A stretch of 64,000 bases of DNA from contig CAVYRF010000002.1 of NCBI GenBank assembly GCA_963770895.1, positions 736,001 through 800,000 of the forward strand, in the 5' to 3' direction. Below are positions 19,221 to 28,343 of this stretch, one piece after another. The notes beneath the pieces are model-generated. The model had not been told where the DNA came from. It saw only the letters and a list, made by a program, of their open reading frames with translations, and searched no databases. Position 1 is the stretch's first letter; each line of letters begins with the position of its first letter. A program made the translations under genes and the position numbers. This DNA is from an uncultured Acidobacteriota bacterium (GTDB lineage: Bacteria > Acidobacteriota > Thermoanaerobaculia > Multivoradales > UBA5704).

Positions 19221-20646
19221 GGGGATGTCCCACTTTCCGTTGAAAGTCGACGGCGAAGTTGGCGGTAGTTTCACGCAGTGAGCGTCTCCTGGTCAAGCTT
19301 TTCTGGGTAAGAAGGGGCAGACCGAGCGAGGGCGATGCTGAGAGCCGGCAGGTCGCGGTAGCCCTTGATGCGACGGAAGCGCTTCTCGGCTTCGAGGATC
19401 CCGGTGACCGCCCAGCGCAAGACCATCGTCCCTCCTCGCCAGCGCTTGACACGGCGAGCCAGGTGCTTCAGAGCACTGTTGAGATTCTCGATTGGATTGG
19501 TCGAGCGCAAACTGCGAGTGAGCGTCGCCGACATGCGCAGGCCGATGATTGTTAAGGTTTCATCGAGACCTTCCCGCAACGACGACGCTGCGCCTGGATG
19601 CGCCTCTTCCAGTTGCTCTGCCAAGCCCACGAGGCGCTTCCGGGCTTGCTCGACAGAGCCAGCGGCCCAAGCCTTCCGGATCACCGTTCGCACCCACGCG
19701 TGCTTACTATCAGGTAAATGATCGATCACGTTGCGCATCTTGTGGATCTGGCAGCGTTGGATCAATGCCCAGCCCGCAAAAGTCTTTCTAATCGCGGCAC
19801 GCACGCCCTTGCCGCCGTCCACAACGAACAGGCGCATCCGCTCTACCAGCAGGCCGCGCTCGATCAAGTTGCGCAGCAACGCCCGCCCTGCCTGCTCGCT
19901 CTCGCTGCTGCCTTCCACCACCCCCAGCACTCGCTTCGACACATCCGCCTCGATGCCCATCGCCAACAGCAGCACATGGTCGCCAAGCACCGTGCCGTCG
20001 ATCATGAGCACCGGGAAGTCCCTGCCTTCGAGGGACTCGGACAGCCGCTGGGTGATCTGCTGGCGGGTCCGCGCGACGAAGCGCCGGGACACGCTCGAAC
20101 GGCTGACCGAGCACGAGTTCCGGCTCTCGGGCAGGGCCTCCAGGCTCCGGGCATACTTGCGCGTCGATACGCCCACGATCATCTGCTCGAGAGCTCGCTC
20201 GTCGAGAGGATCTTCCTGTCGCATCGCGACCCAACTCGGCAGCGCCAACTCCTCGCCCCCGACGGTGCGCACCCGCGGCCGGCCCAGCTGCACCTTGCGG
20301 CCGCCGAGGACCACGCGACCCTGCTCATGTCCGTAGCGATACGCCGTGCGCTGCGCTCCCTGCCGGCTGCCGGCAGGACCCACCAGCGCCTCGCGGTCCT
20401 CCTCCAGCATCGCCTCGAACACCGCGAGCCCCGTCGCCATCACCAGCTCCCGTAGCGCCTCTCCGGCTCGCACCAGCACGCCCCCCACGCCTACTCGCCG
20501 ACAGGCTCCCTCTTGCCCAGCAGTTGCCTCTCTCCCTCTCGCCGTGGCACTCTTCTTCATGACGGTGACCCTCCTTTAGTTGGCACCCCCATGCTCTATG
20601 GGGGCGAGGATCGCCGTCAACTTTCAACGGATTCTGGGACAAGGCC
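19221..20646 (-). mobile_element. IS256-family insertion sequence
   Basis: Imperfect terminal IRs (TGTCCCA...TCCGTTGAAAGTYGACGGCGA) and 9-bp target duplication CCGAGAGGC at 19212-19220 and 20647-20655. Confidence 0.95.
19271..20560 (-). CDS. IS256-family transposase
   Basis: GVSTRK, LMIDG, VVDGGKG, QRCQIHK.RN, STNPIENLN. Confidence 0.95.
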   Translation of the reverse strand: MKKSATARGREATAGQEGACRRVGVGGVLVRAGEALRELVMATGLAVFEAMLEEDREALVGPAGSRQGAQRTAYRYGHEQGRVVLGGRKVQLGRPRVRTVGGEELALPSWVAMRQEDPLDERALEQMIVGVSTRKYARSLEALPESRNSCSVSRSSVSRRFVARTRQQITQRLSESLEGRDFPVLMIDGTVLGDHVLLLAMGIEADVSKRVLGVVEGSSESEQAGRALLRNLIERGLLVERMRLFVVDGGKGVRAAIRKTFAGWALIQRCQIHKMRNVIDHLPDSKHAWVRTVIRKAWAAGSVEQARKRLVGLAEQLEEAHPGAASSLREGLDETLTIIGLRMSATLTRSLRSTNPIENLNSALKHLARRVKRWRGGTMVLRWAVTGILEAEKRFRRIKGYRDLPALSIALARSAPSYPEKLDQETLTA

Positions 20647-20949
20647 CCGAGAGGCTGCGCCATCGTGGAGCAACCAATGCGGTTCATGTCCGAAGGGCTG
20701 GCTGTCGCCCGAACGCGCACCGCGGGCTCAGGGGTTTGGCGAGTGCGCGGTCGAGTGGGCAATGCTTCTGGTGGGGCAGATGGATGGAGCGGCCGCAATC
20801 GGCAGGCGTGAGAAGCGCACGGGGGCCGCGGTGCGCGCGAGGCAAAAGACGTACACCTCGTCAAATCCGCGTTGAGGGGTGGGCTCCCTATCTGACGCTC
20901 GAAGACGCTGAGCAGTCGGACGAGGTGCGCGAGGCATTGGCGATGCCGC

Positions 20950-21426
20950 TTGCCGCGCGGCGTCCGGGCTCGATGGCTACGGCGTGCCGGCGGGCGGCGA
21001 GGAACCCGGCGACGCTCCGGCGGCACTCGGCGCGAACAAGCCTACTTCGATGCGCTATCTCGCGGTCATATCAAGGCGACTGCCGCCGGCCTAGCTGGTG
21101 TCAGCGAGCGATGCGTGTACAAGCGGGCGAAGGAAGATAGCGACTTCGCAGAGCGGGAATGGATTGCGTATCACCGGGGAGGCGCGGCACTGATGAAGAT
21201 AGCATTAGATCGCGTGAGAGATCCAGCGCATCCTAGCGACAAGATTCTGCTACATCTTCTCGCTGTTCGTGAAGTCGATCATAAGCGGGTTATAGAGCAC
21301 AGCCGGCCTGATAGCGGATCGATGGCGACTCGGGACATGATACCCTTCGACAAATTATCGATTGAGACGAAGCGCCGCATAGTTGCAGAGGTAGAAGCGA
21401 TCGAGCGCGGCGACCTGCGGGTATAG
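20950..21426 (+). CDS. Phage terminase small subunit-like HTH protein (start uncertain)
   Basis: YFDALSRG...AAGLAGVSERCVYKRAKEDSDFA...SDKILLHLL resembles TerS proteins (recalled pattern). Confidence 0.5.
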   Translation: MPRGVRARWLRRAGGRRGTRRRSGGTRREQAYFDALSRGHIKATAAGLAGVSERCVYKRAKEDSDFAEREWIAYHRGGAALMKIALDRVRDPAHPSDKILLHLLAVREVDHKRVIEHSRPDSGSMATRDMIPFDKLSIETKRRIVAEVEAIERGDLRV

Positions 21427-21709
21427 TCTCCCCCGAGCGCGCCCAAATGGAGTCGGGGGCTTCGGCAGCGCCACACCTCAACGGAGGCGCCCGCGTACGC
21501 ATAACGCGCCAGGTGGACGACCGAGCGCAACGGGTGAATAGCGCCATAATACGGAAAGTGATGCCTTTAGTTGCCTGGGACAACTATGGGTCTTGAGGTA
21601 GTTGCAATTTCTCCCGGAGGCAGCGATCTTGTAATTCTCTCCCCTGCTGGCGCAGGTAATGGAACGGGAGGAGTCTGCTGAGTCTCTGCCATTGCTTATG
21701 TCTCCTGAG

Positions 21710-22369
21710 TTATGGTTTCCGATGGGTTGTAAGGTTTTGTTGATGCTTGGACTGCGAAGACGCCGCAGCCATGAGATGATCGCGCTGCTCAACAACACCG
21801 AATCCAAGCACCGCCACCCCGATGCCAACCAGAAGTAGTGAAAGGACCAAGATGGTTGAGGATCGCCGCAGCCGCCTCGCTAACCTTTCCTGGAGCTCCA
21901 AAAGCGAAGGATAAGCGTTGATGTAAGAATTTGTGATCACCTCGATGGCATTGCTTGAGCCAGTTTGTGAAATGGCATCATGCACCGCCCTGGGCGATGG
22001 CGGACCTTCGAGCGTATCGCCAGAGAAACCACTAAGGAGAGCTATCGACAGCGCACACAACTGAACGATAAGGGCTGCCACAAAAGCAATCGATCCAATG
22101 CTGCATAGAATGTCAAATTGCCCCACCCAATCGAACCAGAGCTTTCCGACCGCTGTGAGTTCCAAACCGAAAAGAATTACAACCGCTGATGCAAGTTGCC
22201 TAGCCCAGGTGCGAAACTCCTTTATCTGCTCTCCTGTTTCCGAGAGGCGGTCCTTTGTATACTCCAATAATGCGGCATGAATGCTGTCGTCTCCGGCAGC
22301 GGATGGCTTCGGGTTTGAACATTGGGCTGCGCTTTGCCTCCCCCTGTCACCTATTTGTTTCGAGCTCAT
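21710..22369 (-). CDS. Hypothetical membrane protein (3 TM)
   Basis: 219-aa ORF in lower-GC DNA with three hydrophobic stretches. Confidence 0.65.
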   Translation of the reverse strand: MSSKQIGDRGRQSAAQCSNPKPSAAGDDSIHAALLEYTKDRLSETGEQIKEFRTWARQLASAVVILFGLELTAVGKLWFDWVGQFDILCSIGSIAFVAALIVQLCALSIALLSGFSGDTLEGPPSPRAVHDAISQTGSSNAIEVITNSYINAYPSLLELQERLARRLRRSSTILVLSLLLVGIGVAVLGFGVVEQRDHLMAAASSQSKHQQNLTTHRKP

Positions 22370-22711
22370 GCGGTGGCAGTGGCAGAGCCTAGCCTACATC
22401 GAGGGGGCGTCAGGGGAGTTAAGTAATCCCCTCCGGAGATCGTGACCATGGTGGGTAGTTGTCTTCGGGAGGGCAAAATGGGATTGTCTTGGTGGTCTAC
22501 AAATGGTGCCCCTGAAAATGTGGCTCGCCTCTCGGCAAGCTTATGCCGCGCTACAATGCGCGACCCGTTCCATTGCAGCAGCCACAGGCATCACCTACGC
22601 CACCTGAGCTAAACTTGAACTCATTTAGCGATCGGTTTGTTTCTATTAGATCGCGCATGGACGACCGCTCGCGTTGTACCTCAACTGTATAGATATAGTC
22701 GCCGTCCTTAA

Positions 22712-24003
22712 GTGACTGGCACGAAATAACTGCTTGATATCTACCCTCGCGTCAGGTACACTTGATGGGTGGACATCGAGTCCCTGCGCGCGAAATACGA
22801 AAGCCTTGCTCCAGCACTGACAGAACGATCACGGCGACTCTGGGCGGCCACCGAGGCGCGGGCGTTGGGGCACGGCGGGATTGCCTTGGTGGAGCGCGCG
22901 ACCGGCATCTCTCGATCCACGATCGCACGTGGCATCCAAGAGACGAAAGCCGGCGCCAGGTTCGGGCCGGAGCGCACGCGTAGGCCGGGGGGCGGCCGCA
23001 AGAAGACGATCGATAAGGACGCGACGCTGCTGACCGACTTGGAAGCCTTGGTCGAACCGACGGCTGCCGGTGATCCTCAGTCGCCCCTGCGTTGGACGTC
23101 AAAGAGCGTGCGTCGCTTGGCGGCGGAGCTTCAAGTGTTGGGGCACATTGCAAGCCACCGTCTGGTCGCCGAGCTCCTGCAGGCGAGCGGCTACAGTTTG
23201 CAGGCTAACCGGAAGACCCGCGAGGGATCTCAGCATCCTGATCGCGACGCGCAGTTTCGCTACATCAACGAGCAGGTGCGTCGCTACCACAAACGGGAGC
23301 AGCCGGCCATTTCGGTGGACACGAAGAAGAAGGAATTGATCGGAGACTTCAAGAATGCCGGCCGGGAGTGGCGGCCGAAAGGCGAGGCCGAGCCCGTGCG
23401 GGTGCACGACTTCGTGATCCCCGAGCAGGGCAAGGCGATTCCCTACGGCGTCTACGACCTGCACCGCAACGAGGGCTGGGTCAGTGTCGGGATCGATCAC
23501 GACACGGCGAGCTTCGCGGTGCACGCGATCCGGCGATGGTGGCAACTGATGGGCCGAGCGGTTTACGGTAGCGCCACATCGCTGCTCATCACGGCGGATA
23601 GCGGCGGGAGCAACGGAGCCCGCGTCCGCCTGTGGAAGTGGGAGCTACGAGAGCTCGCCGAACGCACTGGCCTCTCGATCACCGTCTGCCACCTCCCTCC
23701 CGGGACCAGCAAGTGGAACAAGATCGAGCACCGCTTGTTCTCCTACATCGCGATGAACTGGCGCGCCAAACCGCTGGTGAGCCTGGCCGCCATCGTCAGC
23801 CTGATTGGCTCGACCACCACGACGGCTGGGCTGAGGGTCAGGTCCGAGATCGACAAGGGTAGCTATCCGCAAGGCCTCGCCATCACGGACCAACAGATGG
23901 ATCAGATCAATCTCAAGCGTCACACCTTCCACGGGGACTGGAACTACACAATTTACCCAGGCAAACCTCAGAGCAAGTAAAGCAGTTATTTCGTGCCACG
24001 CCC
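22712..24003 (+). mobile_element. ISAzo13-family insertion sequence
   Basis: IR core TGGCACGAAATAACTGCTT at both ends; 3-bp TAA duplication (22709-22711, 24004-24006). Confidence 0.95.
22769..23980 (+). CDS. ISAzo13-family transposase
   Basis: SVDTKKKELIG, ITADSGGSNG, PPGTSKWNKIEHRLFS, FHGDWNY. Confidence 0.95.
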   Translation: MDIESLRAKYESLAPALTERSRRLWAATEARALGHGGIALVERATGISRSTIARGIQETKAGARFGPERTRRPGGGRKKTIDKDATLLTDLEALVEPTAAGDPQSPLRWTSKSVRRLAAELQVLGHIASHRLVAELLQASGYSLQANRKTREGSQHPDRDAQFRYINEQVRRYHKREQPAISVDTKKKELIGDFKNAGREWRPKGEAEPVRVHDFVIPEQGKAIPYGVYDLHRNEGWVSVGIDHDTASFAVHAIRRWWQLMGRAVYGSATSLLITADSGGSNGARVRLWKWELRELAERTGLSITVCHLPPGTSKWNKIEHRLFSYIAMNWRAKPLVSLAAIVSLIGSTTTTAGLRVRSEIDKGSYPQGLAITDQQMDQINLKRHTFHGDWNYTIYPGKPQSK

Positions 24004-24087
24004 TAATCTTGATGAGCGAGGAGGTTCTCCCCTTGCTCTGTAGTTCATGGATCAAGGCAGCCGCGTAGTTGTCTTCTCTGGCCATGC

Positions 24088-24543
24088 TCATCCCCTTTTC
24101 AATTTGTCCATTGCTAGCCGTTCGCTCTTGAGAGTTTCGTAGAACTGCATAGCGGCTCTATTCTCAAGCAAAAGATCTTTTCCCGTCTTATTCAGCGTTG
24201 GCATCTTTCCGCATGCATCAATTTCATTATATATTCGTATAAAAGTGTCCCTGAAGGTCCTGCGGATAACCTGAGGGTCAACCATCTCACCTTCCTCGCA
24301 GAGCGCCAGAAGCTCCAGACTGTTCACTGCCCTTACAACATCTGGCACGATAGGCGAGGCAGGATCTATGTCATGGAGTTTGGACAAATAGTCCCACAAG
24401 GGCACTATCAATTGTCGCTGACTCAAGAGTTTCTGTCCCCTATACACACGCCAAGATACCCATATTGCTGCACCGGCTGAGATTGCTGAGATTAACGTCG
24501 AAACCGCAGTAAGCACCTCAGTCGCAGAAGGTGTAGAAGCCAT
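24088..24543 (-). CDS. Hypothetical protein, N-terminal TM helix + helical domain (DUF4760-like)
   Basis: 151-aa lower-GC ORF; TM helix then VNSLELLALCEEGEMVDPQVIRRTF. Confidence 0.65.
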   Translation of the reverse strand: MASTPSATEVLTAVSTLISAISAGAAIWVSWRVYRGQKLLSQRQLIVPLWDYLSKLHDIDPASPIVPDVVRAVNSLELLALCEEGEMVDPQVIRRTFRDTFIRIYNEIDACGKMPTLNKTGKDLLLENRAAMQFYETLKSERLAMDKLKRG

Positions 24544-24558
24544 ACGACTCCTAGTTGT

Positions 24559-24774
24559 CTACTTCGGTGGAGATACGACCTGATAGGTAAACCGCAGTCG
24601 TAGCGTCGAGGCGCTATCGTTATTTGCGAGGTGCACATGCAGGTCGGCATTTCTTTCTGGTATTACAGCGAGATCGAAGTCAACGCCAATGGTCTGCTGC
24701 TGGCCAGGCCCGAGAGCCGTGCCTCCTTGTTGGACTGCTGCGAGCGCTGTTTGGATGAATTTCTCCAGGTCCAC
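24559..24774 (-). CDS. Small hypothetical protein (Trypco2-like)
   Basis: GTG with GGAGG RBS; DLEKFIQTALAAVQQG...VDFDLAV...LRFT pattern. Confidence 0.55.
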   Translation of the reverse strand: MDLEKFIQTALAAVQQGGTALGPGQQQTIGVDFDLAVIPERNADLHVHLANNDSASTLRLRFTYQVVSPPK

Positions 24775-25513
24775 GATTGCTACCTCCCTACAGTATAGCA
24801 TATCATAGGTTGCCGGACCTTCAGGTTCCTGTAGGTCGCCTTGCCGGGCGGAGGCGTGTTCGCTGCCTGGACCCTTGCAGCAGGCCCAGGCAGTGAACGA
24901 TCTGAGAGGCGCCTTGGGGCGCGTGGCGGATCTACTTGTGTAGGCAGGCGGTCATCGCTTGCAGGTGCCGCCGGAACGGACTCGGCTCCTTGGGCGCCTT
25001 GAACACCATGCGGAAGAACTCAGCGGGCGCCATGTCCTGCGGATTCCGTCGAAGGCGACCACCTGTTCCGACGCAAGGCGACCAGTCTGGTCGGAGCGAA
25101 GCGACGAAGAGGCTCGGGTTGGGTTCAGGTGGTCGTCTTGGTGCTTGTCTCCTGGTTTCGTTCAAACAGTGTATCCCGTCGTCGTCGGGGTTGTGGGAGG
25201 TGCGTGAAAGCGGCGAGGGTGGGCGGTGGAGGGCGGGCGGGTGGCGGGCCGGGAGCCGGTTTCCGAGGGGCTGCGGTAACGGCGGACCGGGAGCCGCGGT
25301 GGGCGGGGGCCGTGGAGCGTAGCGACACGGGCGGCTCCCGTCGGGTCCGCGGTTTCCGCAGCCCCGGCACCTTCCACAGCCCGTGCGTGCGCTGGGCGGG
25401 CGGTACAGCGCCCTTGGACGCAGCGGCGGTGCCGTTCAGCCACTGCCGGAGCCGAGACCATAGGAAGGCCAGCAGGCGCGCGTAGCGCGCGCCGCCGCGG
25501 TCGGTCGTCCGCG

Positions 25514-26281
25514 TCATCGCGCCCCCGTTGCGGGCGCCGCGTTGGTTTGCAGCGCTTTTCGTTTGCGCATCGATTCCTTGGTGCTGAGAGGCAGCTGGTA
25601 GGCGTTGTGCACCAGCCGATCGAGCACCGCGTCGGCCAGTGTCGCGTCGCCGATGGCGTCGTGCCAGGCGGCCACCGGCAGCTGGCTCGTCACCACCGTC
25701 GAGCGGCGGCCGTATCGGTCCTCGAGGATCTCGAGCAGATCGCGCCTCTGGACGTCGGTGAGTGGGTGCAAGGCCCAGTCGTCGAGCACCAGCAGGTCGG
25801 CGCGGGCCAGCGCCGCAAGCAGTTTGCCGTAGCGGCCGTCGGCTTTGGCCAGGCCGAGGTCCGGCAGCAGCCTCGGCAGCCGGTGATAGAGCACCGAAAA
25901 TCCTTCGCGGCATGCTTTCTGCGCCAAGGCGCAGGCCAGGTAGCTTTTGCCGCTGCCGGTCGGCCCGGTGATCAAGACGTTGAGATGCTCGGCGATCCAT
26001 TGGCACGAGCACAGAGCTGCAAACAGCGCCCGGTCCAGCCCGCGCGGCGTGCGCAGGTCCACGTCCTCGATCGCCGCGGCCTGCCCGAGCCGCGCTTTGT
26101 CGAGCCGCATCTTGAGCCGTCGGTTCTCCCGTTCCGTCAGCTCGCGGTCGACCAGCAGCCCCAGCCGTTCCGCGAAGCTCAGCTCTTCGATGCCGGACAG
26201 CGCCTGTTGCTCTTCGAGGGCCTTCGCCATGCCGGTCAGCCGCAGCGCCTGCAGCTTGTCGAGTGTCGGATGGCTCAGCAT
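25514..26281 (-). CDS. istB: IS21 helper ATPase IstB
   Basis: [20 protein letters not shown]...W...[11 protein letters not shown]. Confidence 0.95.
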   Translation of the reverse strand: MLSHPTLDKLQALRLTGMAKALEEQQALSGIEELSFAERLGLLVDRELTERENRRLKMRLDKARLGQAAAIEDVDLRTPRGLDRALFAALCSCQWIAEHLNVLITGPTGSGKSYLACALAQKACREGFSVLYHRLPRLLPDLGLAKADGRYGKLLAALARADLLVLDDWALHPLTDVQRRDLLEILEDRYGRRSTVVTSQLPVAAWHDAIGDATLADAVLDRLVHNAYQLPLSTKESMRKRKALQTNAAPATGAR

Positions 26282-27086
26282 GGCGGCAGTTCCTCGCCGG
26301 CGCCGCTGCCGTAGTAGCTGGCTCCGCGCAGGTTCTCGTGCTGGGGCAGGCGCGCCGACGGCTCGCCTGCCGGCGGTTCCGCCTGCCGGTCCAGTCCGGT
26401 CTCCAGAATCGAACGCACACTGCGGTACGACAGGGCGCCGGCGGCCAACGCCCGCGCACAGGCCGCGGCCAGCCGTTCCCCGCCGTACCGCTCGCCCAAC
26501 CGCATGATGCCCAAGCAGGTGCGGAAACCCTGCTGGGCGTGGATCCGCGTCGCCAGAATCGCCTCGACCAACGCCGCGACGGACGGGCCGCTGCTCTGCG
26601 CCCACTGCACCAGCCGGTGCGGCGTCCACGCGGCGTAGTCACGGTGCGCTCGCGGCATGTGTCCGCCCTGGGTGGTGTGCCCTGCACGGCGGAAGCTGCG
26701 CAGATGGCTTGCCACTCGCCGCCCGCGCACGAAGACTTCCACGGTCTTGGCGGTCAGCCGCGCCTCCACCGCCTGGCCCACCAGTTGGTACGGCACGCTG
26801 TAATAGTGGCCTTCGATCTCGACGTGATAGTCGATGTGCACCCGCGCCTTCTTCCACTCCGCATAGACGAACCGCTCGGCCGGCAGCGCGCGCAGCGCCG
26901 GCCGCTCCAGGCTCTCGAACTGCGATCGCCGGCAGCCGGGCAGTTTGCGAAACGGCCGCTCGTTGAGCCGGCTCAGCAGCTCGCGGATCGCCGTGTTGAG
27001 CTCGCCAAGCGAGAAAAACTGCCGGTGCCGCAGACGCGCCAGGATCCAGCGCTCGACCACCTGCACGCCGACCTCGACTTTGGCCT

Positions 27087-27395
27087 TGGAGAAGGCAGTC
27101 AACTACAGCAGCTTCAACAGATGTGCGGCCGCTTGTTCGAGTGACACACCCGTTCCATCCCTTGTCTGGTTGCGAGTTCGAACTGGTGGAGTACAAGCAG
27201 GCGTGGGGCGAGGATCGCGTCTACTTCCTCGATGATAAGGGCCGGCTTCACCACATGCCCATCGGATGGACCAACGTTGCGCCGCTGGACCCATTCCGGG
27301 TGATGGCGGCCGGCCAGAGCCGGTTCAGGACGGAGGATCTCCTGCGGCTGGCTAACCTCATTACCCAACTTAAAGACGAAGCAAGAGTAAAGTAA
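27087..27395 (+). CDS. DUF5372 (Y4bD/Y4pK-like) protein body; likely true start lies across the att junction
   Basis: [13 protein letters not shown]...WGEDRV...P..WT...DPF motif; frame open up to the left junction. Confidence 0.75.
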   Translation, partial: WRRQSTTAASTDVRPLVRVTHPFHPLSGCEFELVEYKQAWGEDRVYFLDDKGRLHHMPIGWTNVAPLDPFRVMAAGQSRFRTEDLLRLANLITQLKDEARVK

Positions 27396-27549
27396 ATTAT
27401 GCCGCTAGTGTCAAGGGAACTATGCCGCCGCACTCGGTTTCAAAACGCATAGGCGTGCCCAGAGAAAGCACAGCAATCTCCGTAGATTACGTAGTTGCGC
27501 GTCGCGGGGGCTTGACTGTGCTCTAGATAGACGGCATAATTCCTCTTAC
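27387..27549 (+). promoter_or_regulatory. Sigma70-type promoter with three 18-bp operator-like repeats
   Basis: TTGACT(27512)-17 bp-CATAAT(27535); GT.A....AAyTATGCCG at 27387-27404, 27410-27427 and inverted at 27532-27549. Confidence 0.65.
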
Positions 27550-27567
27550 ACATGTTGGAGATCACTG

Positions 27568-28035
27568 ATGCCAGACCGCAAGCCCTCCGATCCGAAGCTC
27601 GCCGCCTTGCGGGAGCGCCGGACCCTCAACCCGCGGCCGGAGCGCGTCACCGACGAGCTCTTCGCACGGTCGGACTTCTTCGATCCAAGAGATCTTCTCC
27701 AGGTCAAGTACGAGATGATCCGGCGTGCGCAGGTCGACGAGGCGCCTGTCGCCGAAGCGGCAGAGGCTTTCGGCTTCTCGCGGCCCTCGTTCTACAAGGC
27801 GCGCGACGCCTTCGCCGACGGCGGGCTCGCTGGCCTCTTGCCACGCAGGCGCGGGCCGCGAGAGGCTCATAAGCTCAGCCCGGACGTGATGGCCTTTATT
27901 GAAGAGCAGCGGGGGGCCGACCTCTCGCTCACCGCGGCGGCGCTCGTGCCCCTGGTCAAGGAACGCTTCGGTGTTGAGGTTCATCCCCGCAGCATCGAGC
28001 GTGCGCTGCGTCGGCTGGAAAAAAAACGACGGTGA
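27568..28035 (+). CDS. HTH protein of the recombinase element
   Basis: FFDPRDLLQVKYEMIR...AAEAFGFSRPSFY...GLLPRRRGP..AHKL...VHPRSIERAL. Confidence 0.85.
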   Translation: MPDRKPSDPKLAALRERRTLNPRPERVTDELFARSDFFDPRDLLQVKYEMIRRAQVDEAPVAEAAEAFGFSRPSFYKARDAFADGGLAGLLPRRRGPREAHKLSPDVMAFIEEQRGADLSLTAAALVPLVKERFGVEVHPRSIERALRRLEKKRR

Positions 28036-28343
28036 CCTCCGTGTCCGACTCTGTCATGGCGGGAGCGCAAGATGCCCTGATCGCTGGCTACGAGGATCTC
28101 CGGCGTAGCGCGCTCGGTCGTCTTGCCGGGTCAAGTCGTGAGGTTGGATGGGGATTGTTCATCCGCAGTGGCATGGCCGCCTGGATGGAGAGGTGCGCGG
28201 CGCTGATCAGGCCGTCCGAGGCGGGGGCTCGGCGATCAGCCGCGGAGCCATCTTTCATGCCACAGGACTTCCGAGTCGAAGTGGCCATGCTCCTTGCCGA
28301 AATGGCTCTGTCGGCTTACGCCCCGAGAGGAGTGACGACATGA
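28032..28343 (+). CDS. Small hypothetical protein of the recombinase element
   Basis: YEDLRR..L...GWGLFIRSGMAAW; 4-nt overlaps with both neighbours. Confidence 0.75.
   Translation: MTSVSDSVMAGAQDALIAGYEDLRRSALGRLAGSSREVGWGLFIRSGMAAWMERCAALIRPSEAGARRSAAEPSFMPQDFRVEVAMLLAEMALSAYAPRGVTT

Larger units (their letters stand above)
22551..24091 (-). pseudogene. 81-aa protein with C-terminal CxxCxGxG motif, interrupted by ISAzo13
   Basis: Removing the IS and one TAA restores MSMAREDNY...LIKIKDGDYIYTVEVQ...GDACGCCNGTGRAL*. Confidence 0.75.

Noticed and set aside
22885-22900. TGGTGGAGC match to the tRNA-Ala 3' end as a possible att site
   Set aside because: Only 9 bp and inside the ISAzo13 transposase; chance match.
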